Counted from the stretch's first letter, positions 45,715-56,256 are shown. The stretch: 56,858 bases of DNA from a virus (IMGVR_UViG_3300047548_000085:1-56858), one strand, 5' to 3'. The notes: generated from the sequence alone by a model not told the origin. Numbers and translations are program-made.

Positions 45715-48360
45715 TTAGAATTTGATAACTGTTCTTAGTGTGACTGTTTCATCTGCGGATGGAGTGAAACCTGCCTTGTTATCGATAAACATTAATTGTC
45801 CAGAATATTTATCCACCGTTGGGGCAGTCACGGAAGAAACAGTAAAGGTTTTTGCAGAGTCTGTTGCATTTTTAAATGTGTCATTAACCTGAGGCACATC
45901 ATTCTCAAGTGATTCTAAAAGTGCTGCATTTGATGTAACAGTAACTACACGATATAGTCTTTCGAATGTATCTGCACCGACTGTTCTGGAAACAACAACA
46001 TCAGTATCTCTTGGGAAATTGGTCGTATTAATAACACCTTGTACCAAGTAGCAAGATGAGCCAACCTGACTTGTGAAACGAGTTGTGTCAGCAAACTTTC
46101 TGGGGTTCTTGATAATACCAACTTGACGATAGTCGTTATTAACTGCAAGACCTTGGTTCAAGTCAGTTGATAGGTTAGAGTAGAACATCAGAGTAGTTGC
46201 AAACAACTCATCTGGAGAGTTCTTACCATGACCACCATATGGAGAAATAATTGCTCTCAATTTTGCAGCGTGACCATTACCTGTGATAATGATATTAGCG
46301 TATGTATAGCCAGAACCTGGATTTGTGATATTAACCTTTTCGATACTACCAGTAGCACTATTAATAACTGCCTCTGCTGTGCATCCAGTTCCATCACCTT
46401 GAACAGTTAAGTTAGCCACACCATAACCATAACCACCAGAAATAATTCCAATAGCGTTGATAGTTCCATCCTGTACCAAAATTTCATTATTTGCTTGTAG
46501 TGTCTGAATAGAACCGATGCTTAAATCTGCAATAAGTGCTGCATTTTCTCCGTCACCAGTTACGTCAATTGTAGCTGCAGAATAACCGACACCAGCATCT
46601 TTAACAATAACTTGAACGATTTGTCCGTTGTCGATAACTGGTAGAAGTTTGGCTTCTGATTTAGAAGTCAACCATGATGCCTCAGCACCTGAACCCATAC
46701 CACCCGTATCAGTGATAGTAATTGATGGCGCAGAACTATACCCAGCACCATATCTTAGGATCACTTCACCAGTGGCTTTTTGCCCAGCATAAGTTAGTAC
46801 AGCTGTTCCAAGAGTTGCAGTTCCACTAGTATGAGTTGGATTAACTGTACCAGTTGTACCAGCAGTGGTAACTGTGTAAAGATTGTTACCGTAAAAATAT
46901 TGTTGACCAATAGTAACTGCAGTGTTAGTTGGGAATTGCTCACCAAAAACTACTGTAGGTGCGCTAGTGTAATTATCGCCCTGATTAGTAACAGTAACAT
47001 AGATTACTGAATCTTGATATAGTTTGGATTTGGCAGTCGCACCTGAACCTCCACCACCAGAGAAATATACATTAGGTGCAGTAGTATAACCAGAACCACC
47101 ATTGGTCATAGTTACATCATACACTCCACCATTCAGCACAAATCCAGTAATAGCACCTGAACTAACAGTAACGCTACCTTTAACAGTAGTGCCAAGATAT
47201 CTTAGTGCAGCAGTTCCGTTTTGAACTGTACCGAAACGATGAGTTGGTTCTGAAGTACCCAATGTTCCAGGTGCTTCAACCTTATAGAAGTCATCTGTAG
47301 AATTCTTAATAATCTGTGAAATGAACACAGCTGAATTTGCTAAGAATACGTTAGAATCTGTTACTGGTGGTCCAAATGCAACAGTTGGTGTAACGTAACC
47401 AGACCCACCAGAAATAACATTAATCGAAGATAATAAAGTTGGATCTGCTTCAATGTAACCATCACCAACAACAGAAATGTTAGCGTATGTGTATCCAGTA
47501 CCCTTGTTGTTGATAGTAATATTATCAACAGTACCGTTTGAGTAGAATTGGTTGGTTAGAGCAGAAACTACAGGGATATACTGTTCAGATAAGAACTTAC
47601 TTCTTAGGTTGATTGGAACAGTATACATATACTTCCAAACATAACCATCATCAGTGGTAATGGGGTCTACAGAAGTTCCTAGTGGCTTATTCTGAGATTG
47701 AGCACCATTGTTGTTATCTAAACACTTATATACGTTATAATCTTCAGTCATAACGTAGAACTTACATTCTTCTAGTTTCTGAGAACCAGAAGGAGCAACA
47801 TTAACCTTTGCTTTTAACACAGCACCGATACCAGCCCCACCTGTTACTGTAACAGTTGGCTCAGAAATGTATCCTACACCATTAGAAGCATCTGAAATTC
47901 CGTTTGCACGAAGTTCAGCATTATCTTCAATACCGATAATTTGTCCATCAAGGACAATAGGGTAAAATTTAGCCCCAGTACCACCACCACCTGTTATAGT
48001 GATGGTTGGTAATGAAGTGAAACCAGTACCACCGTTGACTACATCAATACCAAGAATTTCTGTAGTGTATTGATCATCATACATATCATAGATTTCACCG
48101 CTAGTCCAGTTAATTCTTGGGATAACGAATGAAACATCTGATGGAGCAATCTGCTTCATTGTGATAATTTGGTTACGAACTTGATTCTCGTATGCCACGC
48201 TATCAAATGGAGCAGGTGGATTTGCTTCATCATCCCACTTCAGAGTTTTACCTAAAAAATAGTAATACTGAGAAGTTCTGTTTGTAATATCCTTATAAAC
48301 ACCGTCTGCTAGTGCTTTATGTAGAATAGTTTTTAATAATGCAGATGATGTAGTCGCCAT
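45715..48360 (-). CDS. gp8: baseplate wedge protein gp8 with multiple inserted domains
   Basis: YYFLGK...W..E..PP.P, VIPR.NW.SG..YD.Y, FYVMT..YNVYKCL.NN.G, DGY.WKYMY, GHG....EL, NDYRQVG, DKYSG...IDN. Confidence 0.88.
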   Translation of the reverse strand: MATTSSALLKTILHKALADGVYKDITNRTSQYYYFLGKTLKWDDEANPPAPFDSVAYENQVRNQIITMKQIAPSDVSFVIPRINWTSGEIYDMYDDQYTTEILGIDVVNGGTGFTSLPTITITGGGGTGAKFYPIVLDGQIIGIEDNAELRANGISDASNGVGYISEPTVTVTGGAGIGAVLKAKVNVAPSGSQKLEECKFYVMTEDYNVYKCLDNNNGAQSQNKPLGTSVDPITTDDGYVWKYMYTVPINLRSKFLSEQYIPVVSALTNQFYSNGTVDNITINNKGTGYTYANISVVGDGYIEADPTLLSSINVISGGSGYVTPTVAFGPPVTDSNVFLANSAVFISQIIKNSTDDFYKVEAPGTLGTSEPTHRFGTVQNGTAALRYLGTTVKGSVTVSSGAITGFVLNGGVYDVTMTNGGSGYTTAPNVYFSGGGGSGATAKSKLYQDSVIYVTVTNQGDNYTSAPTVVFGEQFPTNTAVTIGQQYFYGNNLYTVTTAGTTGTVNPTHTSGTATLGTAVLTYAGQKATGEVILRYGAGYSSAPSITITDTGGMGSGAEASWLTSKSEAKLLPVIDNGQIVQVIVKDAGVGYSAATIDVTGDGENAALIADLSIGSIQTLQANNEILVQDGTINAIGIISGGYGYGVANLTVQGDGTGCTAEAVINSATGSIEKVNITNPGSGYTYANIIITGNGHAAKLRAIISPYGGHGKNSPDELFATTLMFYSNLSTDLNQGLAVNNDYRQVGIIKNPRKFADTTRFTSQVGSSCYLVQGVINTTNFPRDTDVVVSRTVGADTFERLYRVVTVTSNAALLESLENDVPQVNDTFKNATDSAKTFTVSSVTAPTVDKYSGQLMFIDNKAGFTPSADETVTLRTVIKF

Positions 48361-48382
48361 CGTGGAAACCCTAAAATTTTAA

Positions 48383-48841
48383 TTACGCTACTGTAACAAC
48401 CCAAGTAATTGCTAGTGTGTCGCCAGAACCCTTAGTAACAACTGGGAAAGTAGTGCGGCAAAGCATAGTACCACCTGAAGAAGCATTGAAAATACCTGCT
48501 TCAACGATCGCACCGTCGCCAGTACCAGCTGGGAAAGTTGCAGTGAAAGTAACAGCGTTATTGGTAGCAGTATCACCAGATAGTGAAACACGACCAGTCT
48601 GAGTGCCTAGAGCAGTGTCAGATGCTGATGGAGTAGTTGAGTTTGTACCAATAGCCATGTGAGTCATGGATGCTGGTGAGTTTGTGGTTGCACGAAGTTT
48701 TGCTGCGATGAAGTTCTTACCAGTTGTAACAACTAGGTTAGGAACTACGTAATCATAGGTAACTTCACCCTGAGCATTAGTCTTGACGATATGTACACGA
48801 CCAGTTGCTTTAACTTCAGATGTTTCGAATTGTTCAGTCAT
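48383..48841 (-). CDS. baseplate/fibre-attachment structural protein
   Basis: NLVVTTG..FIA......HMAIGT....D.AL....ATF.AG.G.G.I.EAGIFNASSGGTML.R..F.V..K...DTL.ITW.VT. Confidence 0.75.
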   Translation of the reverse strand: MTEQFETSEVKATGRVHIVKTNAQGEVTYDYVVPNLVVTTGKNFIAAKLRATTNSPASMTHMAIGTNSTTPSASDTALGTQTGRVSLSGDTATNNAVTFTATFPAGTGDGAIVEAGIFNASSGGTMLCRTTFPVVTKGSGDTLAITWVVTVA

Positions 48842-48855
48842 AGAGATCTCCTTGT

Positions 48856-50748
48856 TTAATTAGTGAAGGTTGTCTGCAGTCCAACACTATATTCTTCTGA
48901 ATAGTAATCTTGCGCTTGATAAGAGTTTTTCCAAACCTTACCTGTATTAGTCCATGTTCCAACACTGGTATCGGCAAGCGATTTACCTATATTTAGGCTG
49001 TTTGTATCGGATAGACTCTGTGAATCGGATAATGATTTGCCGAAAGAGAAGGTCTCATCATCAGTCATTGTAACGCTAGTGCTTTCTAGAGTTACACCAC
49101 CGAATAAGAATTGAGAACCTAATGCTTTAGTAGTTGAATGAACCCAGTTAGCGTCTGTCATAGAAACGCTATTGTTATCTAGTGTAACCCCACCGAACAG
49201 ATAATGAGAATTCAACGCTTTAGTTGTAGTTCTAACCATTGAATCTGATGGGGATACTGTGTTGTTATCTAGTGTAACTCCACCGAACAGATAATGAGCG
49301 TTTAATGCTTTTGATACATCACGCTTTGTGATAGACTCAGAAACGCTTTGTGATGTAGAAAGTGCCTTACTAAACACAAATGATAGTTCATCTGTAATAT
49401 CTTCAATATAATCTTCAAGACCGATACCAAGAGACTTAACGATACATTCTAGGGCAACGCTTAGGTCAAACTTATTGGTGATATTAAACTCACCAAACAA
49501 CTTCATGCCAGTTGGGTGTAATAGAGTTTTAACAGCTGCTTTATAGTTTTGTAGACGTTCATCAATCTTAACCACATAAGAGTATTTCTGATAATAGAAA
49601 CTGTCTTGTAGTTTGATAGAATCGTCTAAGAAACCATTATTTGAAGTATAGTAACCTGGATACTTAACAAGAGCACCAAGTTTAATAGAAAGTTGAGCAC
49701 CTTCGTTTGAGTCTGTCTGAGCGTTTCGGTAGTTTAGTGCAAATTCACGAGCGATTGTACCAGCGTATGTAGCATCAATGTATTGATAGTCTACCCAATC
49801 TGCATAGTTGACATAACCCTGTTCATCAAAACCTAAAGTTCTATCTCTAATGGTTAAGTCTTCACCAACTACAGTAGAACTAGAAGTTGGAGGATCTGCA
49901 AGATAGTTGTTAATTGAGTTTGACGCAAGAATTGAAACACCAAAGTCTGATGTGTAACCAATACCGAATTTAATCAGTTCGCAATACTTGATACCGTTTT
50001 CTGGAGTAACTTGTGTAACTTTTAGTAGTGCACCAGTACCACCACCAGAGTTGATCTGGAAAACCTGCCCAACACGGAATTTAGTTCCTGGTTGTAGAAC
50101 AATTGGTCTTTGTGTTGCTGGTAGAATTTCTGCTTGGAAAGTGTCACGATATTTAATTTTATCGCCTACGTTGATAACACCAAAGAAACGCTTGTCTAGG
50201 TAAAATTCATAAATATCACCACCAAGAGCAACAATACGATCTACTTCACCAGTAAGAACTTCTTTACGGTCAACTAGAACACGAATAGTTCTACCTGCAG
50301 TAACGATGTCAACAAGTCTTCCGACTACATCATCTGGGTCACCATATTCAACCTTAGCAAAAACTGAGATTTCTTGGTTCCAAGTACCGTCTGATGCTTT
50401 AAGCATCTGTTGACCTGGATAATCAATCTCAACATTCTTACCATAAAGCAATCTGAACAATAATTTGAACGATGCTTGTGAACCCTTTGAACGATATAGT
50501 TCTTTGATTCGTGGTAGTACAAGACGCTCGTCTTCAAGCATTAGCGGTAAGTGAACCGCTAATTCTTTTCTGAATAGTTCGATGTATTGGTCTAGTGTTT
50601 TATCAAGATCTCTAGCATCAACAAAGTCTACTTGTTGAGTCTTTAACCAAGCATAGTACGCTTCAACGAAAGCGACGAATGCTGGGTAATCCTCCCTGAT
50701 AAACTCAGGGAGTTGTCTTGCCACTACTGCTGATAAATCGGTTCTCAT
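48856..50748 (-). CDS. gp7-like baseplate wedge initiator
   Basis: QLPEFIREDYP.FV.F.EAYY.W, Y.SKG...SFK.LF..LYG, LK.SDG.W, LQDS.YYQ.YSYV, K.LLHP.GM.LFGE; lies between gp6 and gp8. Confidence 0.8.
   Translation of the reverse strand: MRTDLSAVVARQLPEFIREDYPAFVAFVEAYYAWLKTQQVDFVDARDLDKTLDQYIELFRKELAVHLPLMLEDERLVLPRIKELYRSKGSQASFKLLFRLLYGKNVEIDYPGQQMLKASDGTWNQEISVFAKVEYGDPDDVVGRLVDIVTAGRTIRVLVDRKEVLTGEVDRIVALGGDIYEFYLDKRFFGVINVGDKIKYRDTFQAEILPATQRPIVLQPGTKFRVGQVFQINSGGGTGALLKVTQVTPENGIKYCELIKFGIGYTSDFGVSILASNSINNYLADPPTSSSTVVGEDLTIRDRTLGFDEQGYVNYADWVDYQYIDATYAGTIAREFALNYRNAQTDSNEGAQLSIKLGALVKYPGYYTSNNGFLDDSIKLQDSFYYQKYSYVVKIDERLQNYKAAVKTLLHPTGMKLFGEFNITNKFDLSVALECIVKSLGIGLEDYIEDITDELSFVFSKALSTSQSVSESITKRDVSKALNAHYLFGGVTLDNNTVSPSDSMVRTTTKALNSHYLFGGVTLDNNSVSMTDANWVHSTTKALGSQFLFGGVTLESTSVTMTDDETFSFGKSLSDSQSLSDTNSLNIGKSLADTSVGTWTNTGKVWKNSYQAQDYYSEEYSVGLQTTFTN
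49080..49315. repeat. three ~90-bp tandem coding repeats (KAL..(H/Q)(Y/F)LFGGVTL(D/E)..)
   Basis: GTTATCTAGTGTAAC.CCACCGAACAGATAATGAG at 49174 and 49264, plus a diverged copy near 49084. Confidence 0.8.
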
Positions 50749-50750
50749 CT

Positions 50751-52637
50751 TTAAGATCTGATAGAATTAAACTTATAGTTGTAACCTGCACCAGTATCAC
50801 CAGAGATGGTATCATCAGCGATAGCAGTAACACGGAGTTCTGTTGGGTCAATCTGCACGATTTGGTTTAGAGCAGAAATAACGTCGTATGTTTCTGGGCG
50901 AACAATCCAGTCATAGATTGGACCATCAAGAGCAGTGATAGTAAGGTTACGAATAACAACTTCACCGAGTTCGTAGTTAATTTGACCAATGGCTGGATTT
51001 ACGATAACTTTATTGAAAGAATCATCTAGGTAATAAAGTCTAACATTACCAACTGAGTCATCATCCATAAAGTGGATTCTTGTGCTATTTGGAATGTAAA
51101 AACCAGTTGTATAGAACGCTGGGTTTTCTTCAGAACCTTCTTGAGAGATTGGGTTAATCAACTTAAGAATATACTGAGTAGATACGTTGTATACTGGGCT
51201 ATGTGGATGGTGTAGAGTTAGCGTTGTGATGTTGTTAGCGATCGCTGGATCTGCAGAGTCAATAACTCGTAGAAGTTTAGAATAGCGAAGAACGCTATCA
51301 AAACGCTCCAACTCTTCATCGTTATACTTCATGATTGCTTCTTTAACCTGAGTCTCAATCTGAACTGAAGTTTTTGGTGTAGCACGTGGATCATAGTAAA
51401 CAGCCACGTCTAAGCCGATGTTAAAGTATTCTGGATCAACAATTTCTGGAACAACAGTAACGATATTACGTTGTTGTAGAATTTGAGTAGTAATCAGTTC
51501 TTTTTGTTGGTTGGTTAGTTTAGTTGCGTCTTTTGGCTTGATGCAAATGAACACCTTACCATATTGTGGTGTCTTACTTTTTGCTTCATCTACGTTAGAA
51601 TATCCAACTGTAATACCAGTTGCGATACCGTCTTCGCCACCCCAAACCTGAACAGATTGAGCGTCAGCAAAGTTATTGTAGACTAGAGTTTTGTAGTCGT
51701 CAGTTGTAACTGCTCGGTTCTGAGCAGCGTACATTCTTGGTGCATTAAATTTAATAGAAGTAATATCTTCTGGAGCACCACCACCGAAAGCAGCAGTGGT
51801 TGTGGTAACTGCCAAGTTACTACCTAGAATGTTTACACCATTATAGGTGAAAGTGCTTGCGCCATTTGGTGCTTCTAGACTAGAAACGAAATAAGAAACT
51901 GTGACAACATTACCAGCGTCTAACGCTTTACCTAAAATGTTGTCACCAAACTGAAGTTCGTATAGACCATCATCAATTTCTTTAATGAAGTATACACGTG
52001 ATTCGCTATTTACAGAAGACAAGTCTTGAGAAACAGTGTATGTGTAATATACGTCTGATGTGGCGTTTTCCTGCATCGTTACAGAAAGAGTATCCAAACA
52101 AACATTGGCGTTTGGAATAATAAATCTTACACCTGGAGCATTAGTGTATCTGTAAGTTAGTGGAGTGCCTTCGTATAGTTTTAGATTATTAAAGACATAA
52201 GCACCACCAGATTTGGCTACCGTAACATCTTCTAGGTTATAGAAAGTATAGGTTTTATTATCAACAATAGTAGTGAATGCTTGAAGTGCTGGGATAGTGG
52301 CAACGTCTGGTGAAGAAGTTGGAGCAATGATTCGAGCAGAAACTTCAGCAATAGAACACTGAGCAGAACGAGGCATGTAACCTAAAGTCTTAGCGATAGA
52401 AACAACAGATGAACGCTTGCTCGCTGAGTCTAAGAACATCTCATTAAATGCTAGATTAGTATAAATGGCATTATAATGAGTGTTATACGCTAGGATGTCT
52501 AAGAGAACTGATAAAGCAGAACCTTCAAAATCATAGTCAGTAAACTGGTCTTGATTCTGTAGATACGCTTTTAGGTTGGTCTTAATGTTATCAAAGTCTA
52601 ACTCTGATACTGCAATTCTTTTGTTATTTGTAGCCAT
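50751..52637 (-). CDS. gp6: baseplate wedge protein gp6
   Basis: ELDFD.IK.NLK.YL..Q..F.DYDFEGS.LS.LLD.LAYNTHYNA, FLDSA..RSSVVS.AK.LGY.P.S, AQNRAVT..DY, VWGGED. Confidence 0.95.
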   Translation of the reverse strand: MATNNKRIAVSELDFDNIKTNLKAYLQNQDQFTDYDFEGSALSVLLDILAYNTHYNAIYTNLAFNEMFLDSASKRSSVVSIAKTLGYMPRSAQCSIAEVSARIIAPTSSPDVATIPALQAFTTIVDNKTYTFYNLEDVTVAKSGGAYVFNNLKLYEGTPLTYRYTNAPGVRFIIPNANVCLDTLSVTMQENATSDVYYTYTVSQDLSSVNSESRVYFIKEIDDGLYELQFGDNILGKALDAGNVVTVSYFVSSLEAPNGASTFTYNGVNILGSNLAVTTTTAAFGGGAPEDITSIKFNAPRMYAAQNRAVTTDDYKTLVYNNFADAQSVQVWGGEDGIATGITVGYSNVDEAKSKTPQYGKVFICIKPKDATKLTNQQKELITTQILQQRNIVTVVPEIVDPEYFNIGLDVAVYYDPRATPKTSVQIETQVKEAIMKYNDEELERFDSVLRYSKLLRVIDSADPAIANNITTLTLHHPHSPVYNVSTQYILKLINPISQEGSEENPAFYTTGFYIPNSTRIHFMDDDSVGNVRLYYLDDSFNKVIVNPAIGQINYELGEVVIRNLTITALDGPIYDWIVRPETYDVISALNQIVQIDPTELRVTAIADDTISGDTGAGYNYKFNSIRS

Positions 52638-53030
52638 TTATCGAGTTCTCTCTAGTGCTAAGTCAAGAGTAATTGGTCTTGTGGTGTTAACGATGCTGAA
52701 TGTTAGAGTAACGTATACAGCGTTTGAGTCGCTTTCATCTTGAACCTCAACGTCTATGATATTGACTCTTGGTTCGAAGTTGTTGATAACATCAATAATG
52801 GCTCTACGCATCATAACCGTAAACATTGGTCCAGGAAGATCAAACAGTAGTTGTCTAACTGGAGAGCCGATTTCGCTATGGAATGGTCGTTCAAAGTTTC
52901 TTGTTAGAAGAAGACTCTTAATAGACTGCTTAATAGCATCTTCATCGTTTCTACGGACAATATCGCCTGTCACTGGGTGAGCAGTAAAATTTAGGTCGAA
53001 GTCGGTGAAGGTTCTTGTATTTCGTGCCAT
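52638..53030 (-). CDS. gp25: baseplate wedge protein gp25
   Basis: D.DL.F..HPVT.D......AIK.S...L.LT...ERPF...IGS...LLF, I.NFEPRV. Confidence 0.93.
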   Translation of the reverse strand: MARNTRTFTDFDLNFTAHPVTGDIVRRNDEDAIKQSIKSLLLTRNFERPFHSEIGSPVRQLLFDLPGPMFTVMMRRAIIDVINNFEPRVNIIDVEVQDESDSNAVYVTLTFSIVNTTRPITLDLALERTR

Positions 53031-53036
53031 ATTGAT

Positions 53037-53043
53037 TATTTAT
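53037..53043 (-). promoter_or_regulatory. late promoter (ATAAATA) upstream of gp25
   Basis: Intergenic motif 6 nt before the gp25 ATG. Confidence 0.6.
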
Positions 53044-53052
53044 TAACCTTTG

Positions 53053-56000
53053 TTAAGCCTTGCTTGGTCTGTAGATTCCGATAATATCGAATCCTTTGTA
53101 TCCACTCATACTAATCAAACCATCATATGACAAACTAACTCGTCCACCCTGTGGGTTGTTTGCTGTGCTACCAGAACCACCTTGGTTACCACCCAGCATA
53201 CCGAACTTACCGTTAGATTTGACGTTCCAAACGAACGCCACGTGATTACCACCTTTGTTAAACTTGATGTGCATTACGTCGCCATTCTGAGGATTATCCG
53301 TAACTTTGGTGAATCCGAATTTTTGTTGCATATTGGTAGCTGCTGCAGCAGAAGCAGTTTGAACCCACTTATGACCAGTTTGTTTGAGTACCCAAGTACA
53401 GAAAGCCATACACCAAGCAGTTTGGTCGCCACCAGCTGCGTAAAGTCCTGGAGAACTTCTATCTGGAACAGGGTTCTGGATTAGGCTGTACAAGCCAATA
53501 TCTTTCCACATGGCAACGATATTTGGATTACTGTCTTCAACTTTACCTGAAGTCATCGCACGTTCAGTCCAATAACTACCCTTACCTAGTTCATAATGCT
53601 TCTGTAGGAATGCTTGTAAATCACCCTCAGCCATAGGTTGCGCTGGTCCAACTGGTGCAGCTGGATCTTCTGGAGGTTGTTTCTTAGCAGCAACTGCGCC
53701 AACACCTGCTGCATCTAGATCTTTATCAATAACAACTGTGCCAGCAGATTCTAACCACTGATCAAGAAGTTCAGTCTTAATTGGTGCTTCTGGTGCTGGA
53801 CGAACTGGAGTAGTTAAAACTTCAAATGAGTCATCTCGAGCATCTGCAGTTGGAGGAGAAGCAAGAGTGGTAACTGGCGCAGTACCACGCTCCAATGATT
53901 CAAAACCTTCTGTTTCAACTGCAGCACCTTGTTGGGCTTTCAACTGAGTACCGTCTAGAGCAACGATACCACCTGGAGATTTAACGTGAACGATATCGCT
54001 ACCAGTTAGTCGAGTTTCTTTACCATACAGGGAAAGCATAACGCCTGCATCTGTTTTAATGTTTCCTGAGGATTTTAGAGAAAGATCTCCAGCTGTTTCT
54101 AGAGCATGTTTACCACCAACATAGTTAATAGAGTCGCCAGTTACAGCAGTTTCGCTACCGCCAGAAACATAATGTGCAGTATTACCAGTTGTTACGCTAA
54201 CCTTATCACCAGAAACCCAAGTGTTGAAGTTTCCTTCCACAGATAGATTGAAGTCACCACCAACTGCCATATTTACGTCTTTGGTTGCACCGATGTCTAC
54301 TTGTCCGTGGAAAATTGCCTGTGTACCACCATTGACTTCAATATTAGCGTCACCTTGAACGAGAATATTGACAGAATTACCAACAGTTAGATTACATTTA
54401 CCAGCAACATAAATCATTCCATTGCGGTCGTAGATTGTGTATCCATCACCAACGATTTTATTAACCTGAGTGCCGTTAGCGTCAATGTCGATGAACGTAC
54501 CCTTGCGATGAGTCAGAGAAATTGTCTCATGACCAGTCGTATCATCAAACATCATAATGTGACCAGACTCAGATTCATACACTTTGTTGTATGGATACTG
54601 ACCACCGAATGGAGCAATAGGTTGCTCAAAAGAAGTTCCAAGTGCACACGGAATCTTCAGTGTTCTGATTTGGTCTTTATACGCAATTGCAGTTTCTTGG
54701 ATAACACCACGTGCTAGACGATTGGTGTCTGGCTCGTTTAGGAGATTACGTAGAGGATACTTACCCTTTGGATCTCTGAAACCAATTGTGGCGTTTTCAG
54801 AACGATCTTCTAGTAGTGCATCTTGCTTTTCTTTTGGTAGCTGAGAAACTTCTTCTTTAGTGTAAACTTTACCAGTTGCGTCATCAACTGGTGGACGAGT
54901 AGTAGGTTGAGCAGAAATTTCTTGACCAAGGAAGTAGTTGTAGAAAACTTCTTTCTTAGCGTAACCACCTTGAATGTCTTTACCTGTGCGCTCTCTAGCA
55001 ATAAAGAAATAACGTGGAGAATCTTGTGGTGTATCCTTCATGCGCTCTTTGTAATAAATAGCACAAGCTGCTGCAGCGCAAGTAATGTCGCTGTTTAGTA
55101 GTTCAGGATTACCTAAGATGTCGTAAGTGTAACCATACTTCTTCAAATCATTTTGCATTTTGGTATAATTTGATTTACCAGTCAGCTGATTAAAACCACG
55201 ACCAAAATACTTTCCACCATCTCCAGGTTCTTTGTTACCTAGTTCTTGACCCTTTGGTGTAGTGTGCCCGTAAATTTTCTCAAAGAACTGTTCAGGTGTA
55301 ACTTTACCACTTGTATACTTTTCTGCTTCAGTGATATCACCTTTGAATGCACGGAAACTATTAACCAGAGTATTTGCGTTAGAGTATCTGTGTCCCTCGT
55401 TCTTTGGAACCCACTTTGTTTCACCGCCAACGATACCTAGAATACCAGCAACAGCATATTTGTGAGTGATACCTAGTTTAGCAAGAGCATTAACGATCTC
55501 TTGGCATGATTGTTTTGCAATACCTTCTTTACCTTTCTCAATTTCTTTTGGAGGTGGCTGAAGGTTGATTGGTGTATTGAGAACAACTGGGTCTGCTTTT
55601 CCAGGTTCTGGTTGAGCAGTGATTGAAGTGTCTTTTGCTGCTGGCGCAGGTGGAATTACGATATCCTTACCTTCTTTATCAGCACCAGTGATTGGTAGAG
55701 TTTTAGTCTGCAGTTTAGCACCAGCTGGTTTACCAAACAGAGAAGCAAACTTATCGCCAAATGCAGCTGCAGTAATCGCAGCCATCTTGTTCTTGATGTT
55801 TTGAATCTCGCTGTCAACTGCAGTTGTTAATTGATTAACTTCTGCTTCTACTCGATTACCTAGAGTAACAACAGAACCATCTGCTTTTGTTACTGGTTTG
55901 CCATCTGGCGCAGCAATAACACCACCATCAGTGGCAATGTTTCCGCTATCTTCTAGAGCAACTGATGCAGCCTTTGATTGTGGAATACCACCAATCGTAC

Positions 56001-56256
56001 CAAGCATAATTGGTTGTTGTTGGTCAGCATCAGCAAATGTTATGATTACAGAAGTACCTTCAACTGGACCAACTGGTGACCAGCCAATACCGTTCATTGC
56101 AGCAGATGTGACTGGCTGCATTGGTGTTGCCCATGGTAATTCTGAAGTAGGTAGAACTGCCTTATCGTGAGTGTGCAAACCTACCACACGAACTTGGCAA
56201 CGACCAAGTTTTAGTGGGTCTTTACGGTTTTCTACAACGCCATAGTATAACTGCAT
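53053..56256 (-). CDS. gp5: baseplate hub/spike gp5 with GH19-like glycosidase and C-terminal CHAP/NlpC-P60-like peptidase domains
   Basis: OB-fold GVVE.R.DPLKLGRC.VRV.G.H...LPWA; GDG.KY.GRG..QLTG..NY (GH19-like); YPYNKV.E.ESGH...DDT beta-helix; AWCMAF..W...GGNHVAFV...LGGNQ. Confidence 0.9.
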   Translation of the reverse strand: MQLYYGVVENRKDPLKLGRCQVRVVGLHTHDKAVLPTSELPWATPMQPVTSAAMNGIGWSPVGPVEGTSVIITFADADQQQPIMLGTIGGIPQSKAASVALEDSGNIATDGGVIAAPDGKPVTKADGSVVTLGNRVEAEVNQLTTAVDSEIQNIKNKMAAITAAAFGDKFASLFGKPAGAKLQTKTLPITGADKEGKDIVIPPAPAAKDTSITAQPEPGKADPVVLNTPINLQPPPKEIEKGKEGIAKQSCQEIVNALAKLGITHKYAVAGILGIVGGETKWVPKNEGHRYSNANTLVNSFRAFKGDITEAEKYTSGKVTPEQFFEKIYGHTTPKGQELGNKEPGDGGKYFGRGFNQLTGKSNYTKMQNDLKKYGYTYDILGNPELLNSDITCAAAACAIYYKERMKDTPQDSPRYFFIARERTGKDIQGGYAKKEVFYNYFLGQEISAQPTTRPPVDDATGKVYTKEEVSQLPKEKQDALLEDRSENATIGFRDPKGKYPLRNLLNEPDTNRLARGVIQETAIAYKDQIRTLKIPCALGTSFEQPIAPFGGQYPYNKVYESESGHIMMFDDTTGHETISLTHRKGTFIDIDANGTQVNKIVGDGYTIYDRNGMIYVAGKCNLTVGNSVNILVQGDANIEVNGGTQAIFHGQVDIGATKDVNMAVGGDFNLSVEGNFNTWVSGDKVSVTTGNTAHYVSGGSETAVTGDSINYVGGKHALETAGDLSLKSSGNIKTDAGVMLSLYGKETRLTGSDIVHVKSPGGIVALDGTQLKAQQGAAVETEGFESLERGTAPVTTLASPPTADARDDSFEVLTTPVRPAPEAPIKTELLDQWLESAGTVVIDKDLDAAGVGAVAAKKQPPEDPAAPVGPAQPMAEGDLQAFLQKHYELGKGSYWTERAMTSGKVEDSNPNIVAMWKDIGLYSLIQNPVPDRSSPGLYAAGGDQTAWCMAFCTWVLKQTGHKWVQTASAAAATNMQQKFGFTKVTDNPQNGDVMHIKFNKGGNHVAFVWNVKSNGKFGMLGGNQGGSGSTANNPQGGRVSLSYDGLISMSGYKGFDIIGIYRPSKA

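Noticed and set aside
49080-49315. CRISPR-like repeat array
   Set aside because: The repeats are in-frame, degenerate coding repeats without unique spacers; no cas genes.
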